Positions 1 to 8,768 of a stretch of DNA of 64,000 nt are shown here, piece after piece. Origin of the DNA: Candidatus Hydrogenedentota bacterium (GTDB lineage Bacteria; Hydrogenedentota; Hydrogenedentia; Hydrogenedentales; SLHB01); contig CAVUWV010000031.1 in assembly GCA_963745075.1 (NCBI GenBank), positions 96,001 through 160,000 on the forward strand, written 5' to 3'. The notes beneath the pieces were generated by a model. It did no database searches. It was not told the origin of the DNA and was given only the letters and a program-made list of their open reading frames with translations. Each line of letters opens with the position of its first letter. Position 1 is the stretch's first letter. The position numbers and the translations under genes are program-made.

Positions 1-292
1 GTTCCATGGCCGTATACGGCGCCACGATGCCGGCCTCGTGGAAGGGAAGGCTCGAGTCCGGTTGCAGAATACGCACGTTCACCTTGCCGCGCCGGGCCGC
101 GCGGACAGCGAGAAACGCTCCGGGCGCAACGTCAATCCGGTCGGCAGCCGCGCGATTGTTATTGATGGTGATGTTGCGGAATCGGGCGTCCCGGCCCAAT
201 TCCAGGCAGCCGGCCCCGACCCCTCCGAGCGGCACGCCTGCCGTCTGCACGCGTGCGAATCCGTTCTCGTCCTCCCGCTGTGGTGCGCTCAT
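1..292 (-). CDS. Glycoside hydrolase family 116 (non-lysosomal glucosylceramidase-like), N-terminal part; runs off window edge
   Basis: Manual translation from ATG 292 (GGGAG upstream): MSAPQREDENGFARVQTAGVPLGGVGAGCLELGRDARFRNITINNN. The G-x-PLGG-x-G-x-G motif is typical of the GH116 N-terminal domain. Not in the ORF track because it is truncated. Confidence 0.7.
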   Translation of the reverse strand, partial: MSAPQREDENGFARVQTAGVPLGGVGAGCLELGRDARFRNITINNNRAAADRIDVAPGAFLAVRAARRGKVNVRILQPDSSLPFHEAGIVAPYTAME

Positions 293-363
293 CAGCTCCC
301 AATCATTTGGAAAACGCCGGTTAGGTCACGGAGACCAACCCCGTACACCCCTGGTTCACTTCT

Positions 364-831
364 TTATGCGGAATCCAATTCTTTGAGCATGACGATCGCG
401 TCTTCGTTGCTCTTTGGATAGTAATTCTTGCGCAATCCGACCGGACGGAAACCATATTGCAGATAGAGGTTGCGCGCGGCAACATTGGATACGCGCACCT
501 CCAGCGTGGCGATGCGTGCGCCCACGTCGACGGCTTCGCGCAACAGGAATTCGACCAACCGATGACCGAATCCGCGGCCGCGATGCAGGTCCCGAATGGT
601 TACGCTGGTAATGTGGGCCTCGTCTACAACGAGCCAGAATCCGCCGTAGCCGACGAGTACATCCTCCAGCATCACCACGAAGAAGTGGGAATGCGAATTC
701 CGTATTTCATCCCGGAACATGCCTTCGGTCCAGGGTTCGGGATAGGCTTCGATTTCGATCCCCAGGATCTCGTGCACGTGCCGTGAGGCAATCGGCACGA
801 ATCGAAGTGCAATGGATTCCGATACGCTCAT
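364..831 (-). CDS. rimI: Ribosomal protein S18 alanine N-acetyltransferase
   Basis: GNAT motifs EAHITSV, HRGRGFG, LEVRVSN..A..LY..YGF..G.RKNYY, EDAIVM. ATG 831 overlaps the tsaB stop (ATGA). Confidence 0.92.
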   Translation of the reverse strand: MSVSESIALRFVPIASRHVHEILGIEIEAYPEPWTEGMFRDEIRNSHSHFFVVMLEDVLVGYGGFWLVVDEAHITSVTIRDLHRGRGFGHRLVEFLLREAVDVGARIATLEVRVSNVAARNLYLQYGFRPVGLRKNYYPKSNEDAIVMLKELDSA

Positions 832-1520
832 TTTGCGACCGCCTTTTCGCGAGCCACCTCGGCCTGGGACTTGCGTAAATACACGGGCGCCACGGCAGCG
901 GGATCCGTCGCGCAACCACCGGCTATCAATTCAATGGCCTCTTCGGCAACCGCAGACGCTCGCGGCGTTGCCAGGGCACCTGAAGGAAAGGTCGCTGACG
1001 GATTCAACTTAAGGATTCGTTCACGGTAGCGCCGGGCCCCGTCGCCCAGGCAATGGATCACGCCACTGGCCTCTTCGAATATGGATTCGACCGGACCTAC
1101 GCGATCGGCCTGGGATTTGTGCCGGACCCCGTTCTCGAAGCGATAAATTGCACCAAAGACTTCGCCCATTTTGGCGTCGATCAAGGGACAGAGCGTGCCT
1201 TCGTGCAAAGGGTATGCTCGTGCCAACGCGTCCAACGTGGAAACGCCCACGAGAGGCAAATCGGCCGCCAGGGCCAGTCCTTTCCAGGTCGCGACGCCAA
1301 CGCGTAACCCGGTAAAGGACCCGGGGCCAGCGGATATGGCGAGCATATCGACTTCCTTCAAGACGACGCCGGCCTCCGCGAGCACCCACTTCACCGTCGC
1401 AAGCAAGCGCTCGGCATGGGCGCGGCCACAATCCACCACGGTCTCTGCAAGAACCCGGTGATCCTCGCTCAGCGCCACGGTGTTGATGGAAGTGCTTGTA
1501 TCGGCAGCCAGAATCTTCAT
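828..1520 (-). CDS. tsaB: tRNA threonylcarbamoyladenosine biosynthesis protein TsaB
   Basis: MKILAADTST, GPGSFTGLRVG, IDAKMGEV, P.YLR motifs; canonical tsaB-rimI order. Confidence 0.95.
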   Translation of the reverse strand: MKILAADTSTSINTVALSEDHRVLAETVVDCGRAHAERLLATVKWVLAEAGVVLKEVDMLAISAGPGSFTGLRVGVATWKGLALAADLPLVGVSTLDALARAYPLHEGTLCPLIDAKMGEVFGAIYRFENGVRHKSQADRVGPVESIFEEASGVIHCLGDGARRYRERILKLNPSATFPSGALATPRASAVAEEAIELIAGGCATDPAAVAPVYLRKSQAEVAREKAVAK

Positions 1521-1666
1521 CGTACCCCCGATCATAGCCCCCGATTGGATAAGGCGTCAATTGTTTACCCAGAATCAGCGGGGCAATCCGGACCGGAATC
1601 GCGCTTGCGTGGGCGCATTCCCAAGCGGTCTACCAATATCTCCGCCTCATGCGTGTGGATGGTGCA

Positions 1667-1696
1667 TTGACTCAAGCGCCCGCCCGTTCGTATACT
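1667..1696 (+). promoter_or_regulatory. sigma70-type promoter for tRNA-His
   Basis: TTGACT (1667-1672), 18-nt spacer, TATACT (1691-1696), about 80 nt upstream of the tRNA. Confidence 0.6.
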
Positions 1697-1777
1697 ATGG
1701 GCCTGCGTGGAGTTGTCGGGTACGCATGCCGGCGCGGTTTTCGCGGGTATGACGACCAACCGTTACGCACCAATTTG

Positions 1778-1854
1778 GCCGGGATAGCTCAGCTGGTTAG
1801 AGCGCTGGATTGTGGATCCAGAGGCCGAGGGTTCAAGTCCCCCTCCCGGTACCA
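1778..1854 (+). tRNA. tRNA-His (GTG)
   Basis: Cloverleaf: acceptor GCCGGGA/TCCCGGT, D arm AGCTCAG..AGAGC, anticodon arm CTGGA-TTGTGGA-TCCAG, T loop TTCAAGT, encoded CCA; genomic G at -1 (1777). Confidence 0.97.
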
Positions 1855-1864
1855 TGTAACCAAC

Positions 1865-1910
1865 GACGGGCCAGTACGTTAGAAAAGGCGTACCGGCCCG
1901 TCTTCTCTTC
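1865..1910 (+). terminator. Hairpin / probable intrinsic terminator after tRNA-His
   Basis: GACGGGCCAGTACG-loop-CGTACCGGCCCGTC followed by TTCTCTTC. Confidence 0.6.
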
Positions 1911-2386
1911 ATGTATTATTCTCCTAATTGAATGCAGTCGTCCCGCAGGAGAGACCAAGGACACTTCCGGGATTTCGTTGGTCTCTGTCGACCCGGACGA
2001 TTTACTTGGCAGTTGTCACGTCGAACCGCATGAGAGTCGAACCGCGAGCGTCCGCATTCCGATTTACCTGGCGGCGGCTTGGGCCGCTATCTATTGCCGC
2101 TGGTGACGTTGTCACGCACTCGGACTTGGGCGTCTTACTCCAGGTTCAACACGAAGCGACTGTATTCCAGACTATTCTATCGCATCCGCCGGTTTTTCCC
2201 TTCCGTTTGGGGGCGTGGTGGGCTATGATTCGGAAATCTTTGGAAAGCCGTCCGGCGGGAAGGGTACCTCCGCTTTGCGTCGCCGGGTGGGCTTGAAGGG
2301 CCCAATCCACACGCCAGACGGGCCGGGAACAGGATTTCCAGCGGCGGCGACGTGCGAAATTGGGCGTTGAACTGTGAGGAGACGTG

Positions 2387-3259
2387 ATGATGAATCGACG
2401 ATTGGTGTGTTTGGCAGCCGGTTTGGCGATGGTCTTGTGCGCGGTCCCGAGTGCGCATGCGCGGTGGAAGGGGCCGAAGATCAAAGAATGGTCGCAGATG
2501 GAGAAGAACGACAAGGGGGAAATGCACGAGGTCTGGTACATGACCATCGACGGCGTCATGGTGCATGAGACCGATCCCGCCAAAAGCCCGCCCCCGCCGA
2601 TCATCACGCCGGGCACCGCCAGCACGCAGGACGTGGCCGGGACGGCGCCGTCGGATGCAATCGTACTTTTTGACGGAAAAGACCTGTCGAACTGGACGTC
2701 GACTAAGGAAGGCGAGGAAACGAAGTGGATCATGGCAAACGGCGCCATGTCCCCCACGAAAGACTCGGGCATGATCCGTTCCAAGCAGGAGTTCGGGTCC
2801 TGCCAGTTGCACGTCGAATTCGCGACGCCGACTCCGCCGGAGGGTGAAGGACAGGGCCGCGGCAACAGCGGCGTGTTCCTGATGGGTCTGTATGAAGTGC
2901 AGGTGCTTGACTCCTATGACAACACGACGTATTTCGACGGCCAGTGCGCCGCGCTGTACGGCCGTAGCAAGCCGCTGGTCAATGCATGCCGGAAGCCCGG
3001 CGAGTGGCAGACCTACGACATCATCTTTCATCGTCCCGAGTTCAAGAGAAAGAAGGTCGTCAAACCCGCTACGTTTACCGTGTTTCACAACGGCGTTCTC
3101 GTGCAAGACCACTACGAACTAAGCGGCGGCACCGGCTGGCGTGGCGGACATTCCATTACAAAATACGTGCCCCACGGCGACACGGGCCCCATCGAACTCC
3201 AGGACCACGGCAACCCCGTGTTGTTCCGGAATGTGTGGGTCCGCGAACTGGAGGATTGA
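2387..3259 (+). CDS. Secreted DUF1080 (3-keto-disaccharide hydrolase-like) protein
   Basis: GAGGAG RBS, signal peptide, PSDAIVLFDG, GQGRGNSGVF, YEVQVLD, PGEWQTYDI, LQDHGNPVxFRN motifs. Confidence 0.88.
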   Translation: MMNRRLVCLAAGLAMVLCAVPSAHARWKGPKIKEWSQMEKNDKGEMHEVWYMTIDGVMVHETDPAKSPPPPIITPGTASTQDVAGTAPSDAIVLFDGKDLSNWTSTKEGEETKWIMANGAMSPTKDSGMIRSKQEFGSCQLHVEFATPTPPEGEGQGRGNSGVFLMGLYEVQVLDSYDNTTYFDGQCAALYGRSKPLVNACRKPGEWQTYDIIFHRPEFKRKKVVKPATFTVFHNGVLVQDHYELSGGTGWRGGHSITKYVPHGDTGPIELQDHGNPVLFRNVWVRELED

Positions 3260-3314
3260 GAACAAGTCAGCGTAACTGAACTCCAGAAAAGGAGTGGGGG
3301 GATATACCGTCGTG

Positions 3315-5144
3315 ATGCGTATTGTTGCAGCGCATCTGTTTGTTGTCGTCGCAGTCTGTTCGCAGACAACTGCACCTAGTTGGACGTTCGAGCAGAGCGG
3401 CTGGACGCTCACAATCGGCGAGTGGGGAATCACCAGCTTGCGGAACGCAGCGGGCGCGGAATTCCTTGAATCCGACACCTTGACGGTTGAAACCGGAGAT
3501 AAAGTACGTGTCGGGGAGAATCCCCAGGCAACGTTGCTGAATGACGGCGTCGAGATTCGGTGCGACATCGCGGAATCACCCGGTGCTCAGTTGGATCATC
3601 GCATCGAGTTTGTATCTTTGGGCGGCTGGCCCACGATTCGCCGGACTGTGACCGTAGCCCCCGCTGAAGGCACGAAAGTCCGAGTCAACGTGAAGACGGA
3701 GTTTGCGAAAGCTACTCAGGACCTGACGCTATTCTCGCCTCGGATCGATGGTGTGGGTGTCGAATCCCCCTTTGAGACAGCCTACTGGGAATGGCCGCTG
3801 GGGCTCGATTCCGCGCGTGAGTCCGCTCCGGAGCACCAATTGGCGATTCCACAGTTGAGCGCCGCAACACCCGATTCGTCATTGCGTATCACCTTCGTTG
3901 GAGACCCATATTGGGGTACCGGATTCTCACTGGATGGGGAGGATCACGCACAGGTCACGTTGACCTCGTACCACACGGAACCGTTTAGGCGGACGTTTTG
4001 GATGGTACTTCAAAACGGTGCACCTGAGAACGCCATGAAAGCCTGGTACGCCACCGCGCTTGCGGACGTTCCGCCAGGCCCCGGCTGGTTGCACGATATC
4101 GCTTGGCAGCATTACGACTACTTGAGTCACGCGGGAAATGGTTGGTTTGAGGATCTTGACACGCTGGAACGGTTGGTCTCCCCGGAGGATCGACATAAAA
4201 TCGTCTTCACCTTGCACGGGTGGTATGACATGCTGGGCCGGTACACGTTTGACGAGAAAACCGGTCAGCTTGACGAAGCCTGGACGGCCTTCCCGAACGC
4301 GGCGGCAATGAAGGGAAATGGATTCCCAACTTCGGAGCCCGTGCCGATGACCAAAGCGGAAATGCACCGGCGCATTCAGTATGCAAAAGATCGGGGCGTA
4401 CGGGTCGCCCTCTACTTTGCCGACGGGCTCACTGCGTGTGAAGGAGCCGGGCGATTCGCCGAGGATCGCGTCTTGTATTGGGGCGGCTGGAACGGTCCCG
4501 ATACCGTTGGAAAACCATACGCACAAAACCCCGTGAATCCCGACGTTTGCCGGTGGTACGTCGATTACCTTAAAGCCTTGCTTGCGGAGTACGGTCAGGA
4601 AGTGGACGCGTTCGTATGGGACGAGACGTTTATGGTGCGCGCACGTACGATGACCCCGGAAAACGCTGCCCAACGTGTCTATGCTGCGCCTGCCATGATG
4701 AGGCTCGTGCGTGACCTTTCAAAGACCACCACGGATTATCGAAAGGACCTGGCGTTTCTTGTGAGCGATTGCATCGGCGCGACCTCGGACGAGGTCAACC
4801 GATGGACGGACGTGCCCCCCTACGCCATCATGGCACACGGGTGTTATCAAGACAGCCATAGCCGACCGTCGGTGTGGCCTTACGGCATTTTCCCAAACTA
4901 TCGGAACATTCTCTGGTCCTGTAACTGGCGGGCAGTCACGCGCTTCGACTGGACGAAATTCGGGGTCGAACACTACGACACGCCACTGGCCACGAGCAAT
5001 GGCTGGCTCGATGATAAAGGGATTGCGCGGTTGTCTGATGCGGATCGGAACGCGGTCATGCGGTTATTCGACGAACGAAAAAACCGCAAACAAGAACTCC
5101 ATTGGCTCAGCGGAACGCCTCCACAGTTTCAGGCCGTCGAGTAG
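3315..5144 (+). CDS. Secreted hypothetical protein with probable glycoside-hydrolase-like TIM barrel
   Basis: Long ORF with signal peptide; HYDYL, LHGWYD, VALYFADG and DAFVWDETF segments suggest a (beta/alpha)8 fold. Family not assignable by eye. Confidence 0.6.
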   Translation: MRIVAAHLFVVVAVCSQTTAPSWTFEQSGWTLTIGEWGITSLRNAAGAEFLESDTLTVETGDKVRVGENPQATLLNDGVEIRCDIAESPGAQLDHRIEFVSLGGWPTIRRTVTVAPAEGTKVRVNVKTEFAKATQDLTLFSPRIDGVGVESPFETAYWEWPLGLDSARESAPEHQLAIPQLSAATPDSSLRITFVGDPYWGTGFSLDGEDHAQVTLTSYHTEPFRRTFWMVLQNGAPENAMKAWYATALADVPPGPGWLHDIAWQHYDYLSHAGNGWFEDLDTLERLVSPEDRHKIVFTLHGWYDMLGRYTFDEKTGQLDEAWTAFPNAAAMKGNGFPTSEPVPMTKAEMHRRIQYAKDRGVRVALYFADGLTACEGAGRFAEDRVLYWGGWNGPDTVGKPYAQNPVNPDVCRWYVDYLKALLAEYGQEVDAFVWDETFMVRARTMTPENAAQRVYAAPAMMRLVRDLSKTTTDYRKDLAFLVSDCIGATSDEVNRWTDVPPYAIMAHGCYQDSHSRPSVWPYGIFPNYRNILWSCNWRAVTRFDWTKFGVEHYDTPLATSNGWLDDKGIARLSDADRNAVMRLFDERKNRKQELHWLSGTPPQFQAVE

Positions 5145-5161
5145 CCCAAATGATTTCGCGC

Positions 5162-7639
5162 TCAATCGCCCAGGTTCGATTCAAAGAACTTCATGAGGCT
5201 GGGCAGGTCGACTTCGTGGGCGCCGTCGTGTTTGTCGAGTTCGACCTCGTTGGGCACGCCGAAATCGGCGTAGGCGACGCGGACATCTTGGATGGCCTGA
5301 CGGGCGATGCCGATCGTGAAGTCGTTGTACGGCTCCCGCCAACCGTTTTGGCATTGCAGGGGACGGGGCGCGATCATGGAATAGATGTCGGTCCAGTCCA
5401 CCAATTCGCGCAGGCCGTCGAACTTCCAGCACATGCAATGGTTCACTTCCATGTGATCCATTGTTGTGAGGAACCCGCAACTCACGGTCGCTTTGATTCG
5501 CGGGTCCATGGCGCCGAGCCACATGGCCATTTCACCGCCGAGCGAGAGGCCCGCGCAGCCGATCCGGTCTTTGTCCACTTCGGGTCGGGTGTCGAGAAAG
5601 TCCGCGCAGCGGATGAGGTCCCACAGGCGCTCGCCCATGAGGGTTCGGCCCGGTTCGTAAACTTCGTGCTGCCCCACGTCGGCAGCGATCGTCACGTATC
5701 CCTTCCGGGCCAATGCCGTGGCGAAGCCTTTGTAAATGGATTTCAGATCGTATGTGGCAAAGCGGTCGCCGCCGTGGCCATGGATACACACGACGGCGGG
5801 GCACGGTTGTGCGGGCGTTGGATACGGAATTGCAGCCACGACAGGGATGGACCGTGTCGGTGTGGACTGAATCGTGAACTCGCACCATTTGTATCCATCT
5901 CGGGTTTCTTGTTTGACCAAAACGGGCTTCAGTGGATTCGCATCGCCCATCTCGGCCAGGTCGTCGATCTGGAGTAAGTCACGGAACTTCGTACGCAGTG
6001 TGTCCTGCCAGGCCTTCGCTTCGTCCGGGGTACCGGAATGGTAGGCCATCGTGCGCAGCGGGCTGTCCGTTTCGCGAACGGTCAAATGCGCGGTTTGCCC
6101 CTCCTCCAAATCCATGGGAAAGTTCCACAATTCTTTGCCTTCCACGACGACGGGACTTTGATCGTCGCGGGTCACCTCATACCGTCGCGCAGGTTCTACT
6201 GTAAACCACTCCGGGAACTGGTTGATGCGGGGATAGTCGAGGGGCATATGGAAGTACTCTTCGTGACGTTTGCGATCGAAACGCAGCGCACCGTGCCAGA
6301 CGTACTCTGGGGTAACGGAAACGTGAACCGTGCCGTCCTCGTCCCGCACCGCCCCGATCTTTACGTCGTCGCGCCAGGGCGCGGCGGCGATGCCCTGCGT
6401 CTTCCAGAGGGCGTACATGAGCAAGGTACGGGCCGAGTTTCCGTCGCCGTACCAGGCTTCGATGATGCCGTCGGGCTGTTGTTTGGCGAGAATGTAGGGC
6501 ACGCTCTTGTCGACCCAGTCGAAGGCGCTCGCCACGGGTATGCGATTGAGCATGTTGAGCCCACCTTCGATGGAATCCGCGTAGCCGTCGGCACTGCCGT
6601 GTTCCCAATCCGCATCGAGATATTTATGAATGTTCTCGAGGGCGTGTCGCACCGCGTCTTCGTAGCGCGTTTCTCCGTCCACCTCGGCAACGGTCAGAAA
6701 GGCATTGTACACATAGCCCCAGCCGTCGCTAATCCCACCCTGGTCCTGTTCCCCCGTTTTCGGGTTATACCAATTCGGCATCATGCCGTCTTCGTCGACG
6801 CCCTTCTCCAGGACGTTGTCGAGGATTCGGTGCATGGGGTCGCGGTACTGTGTAAATCGATCGGAATCTTCCTTCGACGCGATGAAATAGGCCTCCGACA
6901 AACCGCTGAGCACTTCGCATCCGTGATCGCGCAGGCGGATGCGGTCCTCCTGTAGGAGGTCGTGGTGCAGCAGATAGTAGTCGGACAAACGGAAGGCCCA
7001 CTCCTTCAAATCCGGATCGCCGGTCAGCCAGTACAGCCGGCTCAACACCTGCAACTGTTCTCCGTTCACCTCAACACTGTTGGACGGGATTAGTCCCACC
7101 TCCGTCTCGACAGCGGCATGTTGCCAGATGCCGCGAATCAGTTGCTCCATGCGTGACAGGTAGGGGCTCGGTCCAATCCACTCGGTGATGGGCATGAGTC
7201 CGTCTTTGGCGTATTCGGAAGCGCCGAAGATGATGCTGTCCATGTCCACGTCGGCGGAGAGGAAATCCTGCGTGGCGAAGTCGAAGGTATCCGGGAGGTC
7301 ACCGACGCGGTTGGTCAGGCGCTGCTCCTGTTCCAGCATGTACGACATGTTCCGCTTCATGAGCGTGTTGCCGGTGACGTAGGCGGTCAGGACCATGAAG
7401 GGGAAATTGTCGGCCGCGCTGTCCTTGGCGTTCCAGTACCAATCGCCCCGCAGGTTTCGCGGACTGAGGCCCGATTTTGGATCCGCCTGCGTGAGCCAAC
7501 CGTGAACGTACCGGTTACAGAACCGGATTACCTGTTGTGTCGCGTCCCCGTTCGCTTCCGCCGCAGTCCAGGGGTCTTGGGCGAGTACGGGCAATGTGAA
7601 GACTCCGACCAGAACGGCAACCCCCATGATTCTGTTCAT
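5162..7639 (-). CDS. Secreted fusion: putative (alpha/alpha)6-barrel domain plus C-terminal alpha/beta-hydrolase (acetyl-xylan-esterase / dienelactone-hydrolase-like)
   Basis: GGAG RBS, ATG 7639 overlapping the upstream TAA, signal peptide. C-terminal VCIHGHGG, GLSLGG nucleophile elbow and HDGAHE. N-terminal domain is paralogous to 59165-60806. Confidence 0.75.
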   Translation of the reverse strand: MNRIMGVAVLVGVFTLPVLAQDPWTAAEANGDATQQVIRFCNRYVHGWLTQADPKSGLSPRNLRGDWYWNAKDSAADNFPFMVLTAYVTGNTLMKRNMSYMLEQEQRLTNRVGDLPDTFDFATQDFLSADVDMDSIIFGASEYAKDGLMPITEWIGPSPYLSRMEQLIRGIWQHAAVETEVGLIPSNSVEVNGEQLQVLSRLYWLTGDPDLKEWAFRLSDYYLLHHDLLQEDRIRLRDHGCEVLSGLSEAYFIASKEDSDRFTQYRDPMHRILDNVLEKGVDEDGMMPNWYNPKTGEQDQGGISDGWGYVYNAFLTVAEVDGETRYEDAVRHALENIHKYLDADWEHGSADGYADSIEGGLNMLNRIPVASAFDWVDKSVPYILAKQQPDGIIEAWYGDGNSARTLLMYALWKTQGIAAAPWRDDVKIGAVRDEDGTVHVSVTPEYVWHGALRFDRKRHEEYFHMPLDYPRINQFPEWFTVEPARRYEVTRDDQSPVVVEGKELWNFPMDLEEGQTAHLTVRETDSPLRTMAYHSGTPDEAKAWQDTLRTKFRDLLQIDDLAEMGDANPLKPVLVKQETRDGYKWCEFTIQSTPTRSIPVVAAIPYPTPAQPCPAVVCIHGHGGDRFATYDLKSIYKGFATALARKGYVTIAADVGQHEVYEPGRTLMGERLWDLIRCADFLDTRPEVDKDRIGCAGLSLGGEMAMWLGAMDPRIKATVSCGFLTTMDHMEVNHCMCWKFDGLRELVDWTDIYSMIAPRPLQCQNGWREPYNDFTIGIARQAIQDVRVAYADFGVPNEVELDKHDGAHEVDLPSLMKFFESNLGD

Positions 7640-8520
7640 TATTTCGTCTCCTCTCCTGTCGTGGACGCAGGCGCTTTCCGTACGCAACGAAAGCCGATAG
7701 CGTCGCGCGCAAAGCACGCGTCCTGGAAGCCCGGGCTTTCAGCGATGCGCGCCGCACTTCGGCAGTTGTCCGTCGGCATGGCCCAGGCTCCGCCGCGGAG
7801 GACGTAGTCCTTGCCATCGGCAGGACCGTGCGGGTTCTTCGCGGGACTGTTCTTGTATGCATTCTCATCGTAAGGGTCATTGCACCACTCGGCGACGTTG
7901 CCGAGCATGTCGTAGAGGCCCCACGGATTCGGTTGCTTTTGTCCGACCGGATGGGTAGTTTCGCCGGCATTTTCGTCAAACCACGCATGGTCTTTGAGCT
8001 GGCGCGGATCGTTTCCGAAAGGGAAATCCGTTGTCGTACCCGCGCGGCAGGCGAATTCCCATTCGGCTTCGGTCGGCAGGCGATAGCCGTTGGCGTCGAA
8101 GTCACACTCGGCAGTGTTTTCGTCGTAGCAGGGTTCAAGCCCCTCGGCTTTGGATCGCATGTTGCAGAACAACGCGGCGTCAGTCCAATTGGTCTGTTCG
8201 ACCGGACGGTCCTGACCTTTGAAATGGGACCCGTTGGTGGGAACGAACTTGCTGTACAAATCCTGGGTTACTTCGTAGCGGTCCATGAGAAAGCCGTCGA
8301 GGGAGACCTCGTGCGCGGGCGCTTCGTCGGGCAGGTGACCTTCGCTCCCCATTGTGAAAGTCCCGGCGGGTATCGAGACCATTTCGGCGCCACTCTTCGT
8401 CGTGATGACTTCCGGCGGCGCGACAGGGGGCGCGGACTTCTGACACGCCACACCGGCGAACACGAGGGAGACGATCAACGCGGTCCAACTTGATATATTC
8501 GAAGTTACACCTCCAAGCAC
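7639..8520 (-). CDS. Formylglycine-generating enzyme (FGE-sulfatase / SUMF1) domain lipoprotein; start uncertain
   Basis: GTFTMGS, YEVTQ, RLPTEAEWEFACRAG, NPWGLYDMLGNVAEW, VLRGGAW, GFRCVR; lipoprotein-like VFAGVA-C. The ORF-track start runs through a repeat element. Confidence 0.82.
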   Translation of the reverse strand: MLGGVTSNISSWTALIVSLVFAGVACQKSAPPVAPPEVITTKSGAEMVSIPAGTFTMGSEGHLPDEAPAHEVSLDGFLMDRYEVTQDLYSKFVPTNGSHFKGQDRPVEQTNWTDAALFCNMRSKAEGLEPCYDENTAECDFDANGYRLPTEAEWEFACRAGTTTDFPFGNDPRQLKDHAWFDENAGETTHPVGQKQPNPWGLYDMLGNVAEWCNDPYDENAYKNSPAKNPHGPADGKDYVLRGGAWAMPTDNCRSAARIAESPGFQDACFARDAIGFRCVRKAPASTTGEETK

Positions 8521-8530
8521 GCCGATTCCT

Positions 8531-8696
8531 GAAGAACATCCCCCTTGATCCCCCTTCAAAGGGGGAATCGCCCAGGCGAGTTCTCTGTCAGCCTTCGTCA
8601 TACTGGTCGGGACACAGTGTCTTTGCTGATCCTGTCGCAACGCAAAGCGTTGCGATGCACTCCCCCTTTGAAGGGGGATCAAGGGGGATGTTCTTC
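8531..8696. repeat. MITE/REPIN-like element with perfect 36-bp terminal inverted repeats
   Basis: GAAGAACATCCCCCTTGATCCCCCTTCAAAGGGGGA at 8531-8566 and its exact reverse complement at 8661-8696, with a 94-bp spacer. Confidence 0.85.
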
Positions 8697-8768
8697 GCGG
8701 TTTGGCACGGTCTCCCAATTGTATCCACCATTGTCGGAGGTCGTACGTTGCCTTCGTGGGATCGGTTC

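Noticed and set aside
1944..1990. Glycine riboswitch suggested by GCAGGAGAGACC
   Set aside because: The downstream conserved elements (CCGAAG...CTCTCAGG) are absent.
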